A DNA stretch of 64,000 nucleotides from Tubiluchus corallicola (lineage: Eukaryota; Animalia; Priapulida): contig JAQGDQ010000072.1 of the NCBI GenBank assembly GCA_030141605.1, positions 558,001 through 622,000 of the forward strand, given 5' to 3'. The number at the start of each line of letters is the position of its first letter. Within the stretch, counting starts at the first letter, position 1. Shown here in pieces: positions 63,401-64,000 of this stretch. The notes below the pieces were generated by a model that made no database searches, had not been told where the DNA came from, and saw only the letters and a program-made list of their open reading frames with translations. Both the position numbers and the translations under genes were made by a program.

Positions 63401-64000
63401 ATATGGCATTTCCTTTGGCTTTTCCTTTTCCTCTCTTGAAGTAATTGTTTCTGTTTGCTCTTTCCTGTTTTCCAACATCATCACAATTACTGCAGCTAAG
63501 CGCAGAAGTGCTTCTAAATGATATTAGCAGATGCATCATGTAGGGAGCACCTTGAAATTTCCATTAAGGAAAGTTAAACCTTCAAATAATTAATTTGAAC
63601 AATTATTTTGACACGCCATTATAATTATGTAATAGTAATAATTGCTTCGATATTTATTGTGCTAAAATTACCAACAATGAACATCAGCACTTTACAAGTT
63701 TACATTTAATGTAAGCACTTGTATTGGATAATAAAACAACTGCAAGTTAGAGCAAAAACAGTAATGTGCAATAAGAGCAATTGTTAGGATCTGTAGGTGT
63801 TTTGATAGTTTTCTTAAACTTGGAAATATTTGTTTCTTGGCATACTACTTTTGGGAGATTGTTTTAGTGCTATGAAGTAATTACAAAGCGTTAATTAAAA
63901 ACATTAATTTCTGTCCTAGTACCGTTTTCAGAGCATGTGGGCGCTGTGCATCAATTAGCTGCGCTGCTTTTGCGCTTCGCGGGCGAAGTGGCTTTTGTCG

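Noticed and set aside
58000-64000. Coding exons in the last 6 kb (e.g. 59371..59619, 61872..62054, 63339..63539)
   Set aside because: No recognisable domains or convincing paired splice sites. The GC-rich last 60 bp may start another element but is cut by the window edge.

Overview
AT-rich, repeat-dense genomic DNA from an invertebrate animal (spliceosomal introns, many decayed LINEs and MITEs). The host genes are all on the minus strand. They are: three coding exons of a uridine phosphorylase (UPP1/2-like; the gene runs off the window start); a complete 1179-aa Janus kinase (FERM-SH2-pseudokinase-kinase) whose whole CDS lies in one exon; and the catalytic exon of a carbohydrate sulfotransferase. 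The most striking structure is a 3.25-kb DNA transposon at 51576-54830. It has 48-bp TIRs (44/48 identical) and a perfect 9-bp target-site duplication (CACGGCAAG), and it carries a disrupted class A GPCR gene plus a short spliced ORF next to one TIR, i.e. a Pack-MULE-like gene-capturing element in an animal. Three other GG-terminal MITE families cluster around JAK: two inverted copies of one family bracket the gene, and one of those copies is nested in a second family. The window also holds an Academ-like element rich in YY1-type motifs, near full-length PHD-bearing CR1/L2-group and I-group LINEs, a Gypsy remnant, two (TA)n-centred fold-back palindromes and a possible antisense exon nested in the UPP intron. 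All calls were made by eye; no database searches were run, and LINE boundaries are approximate.
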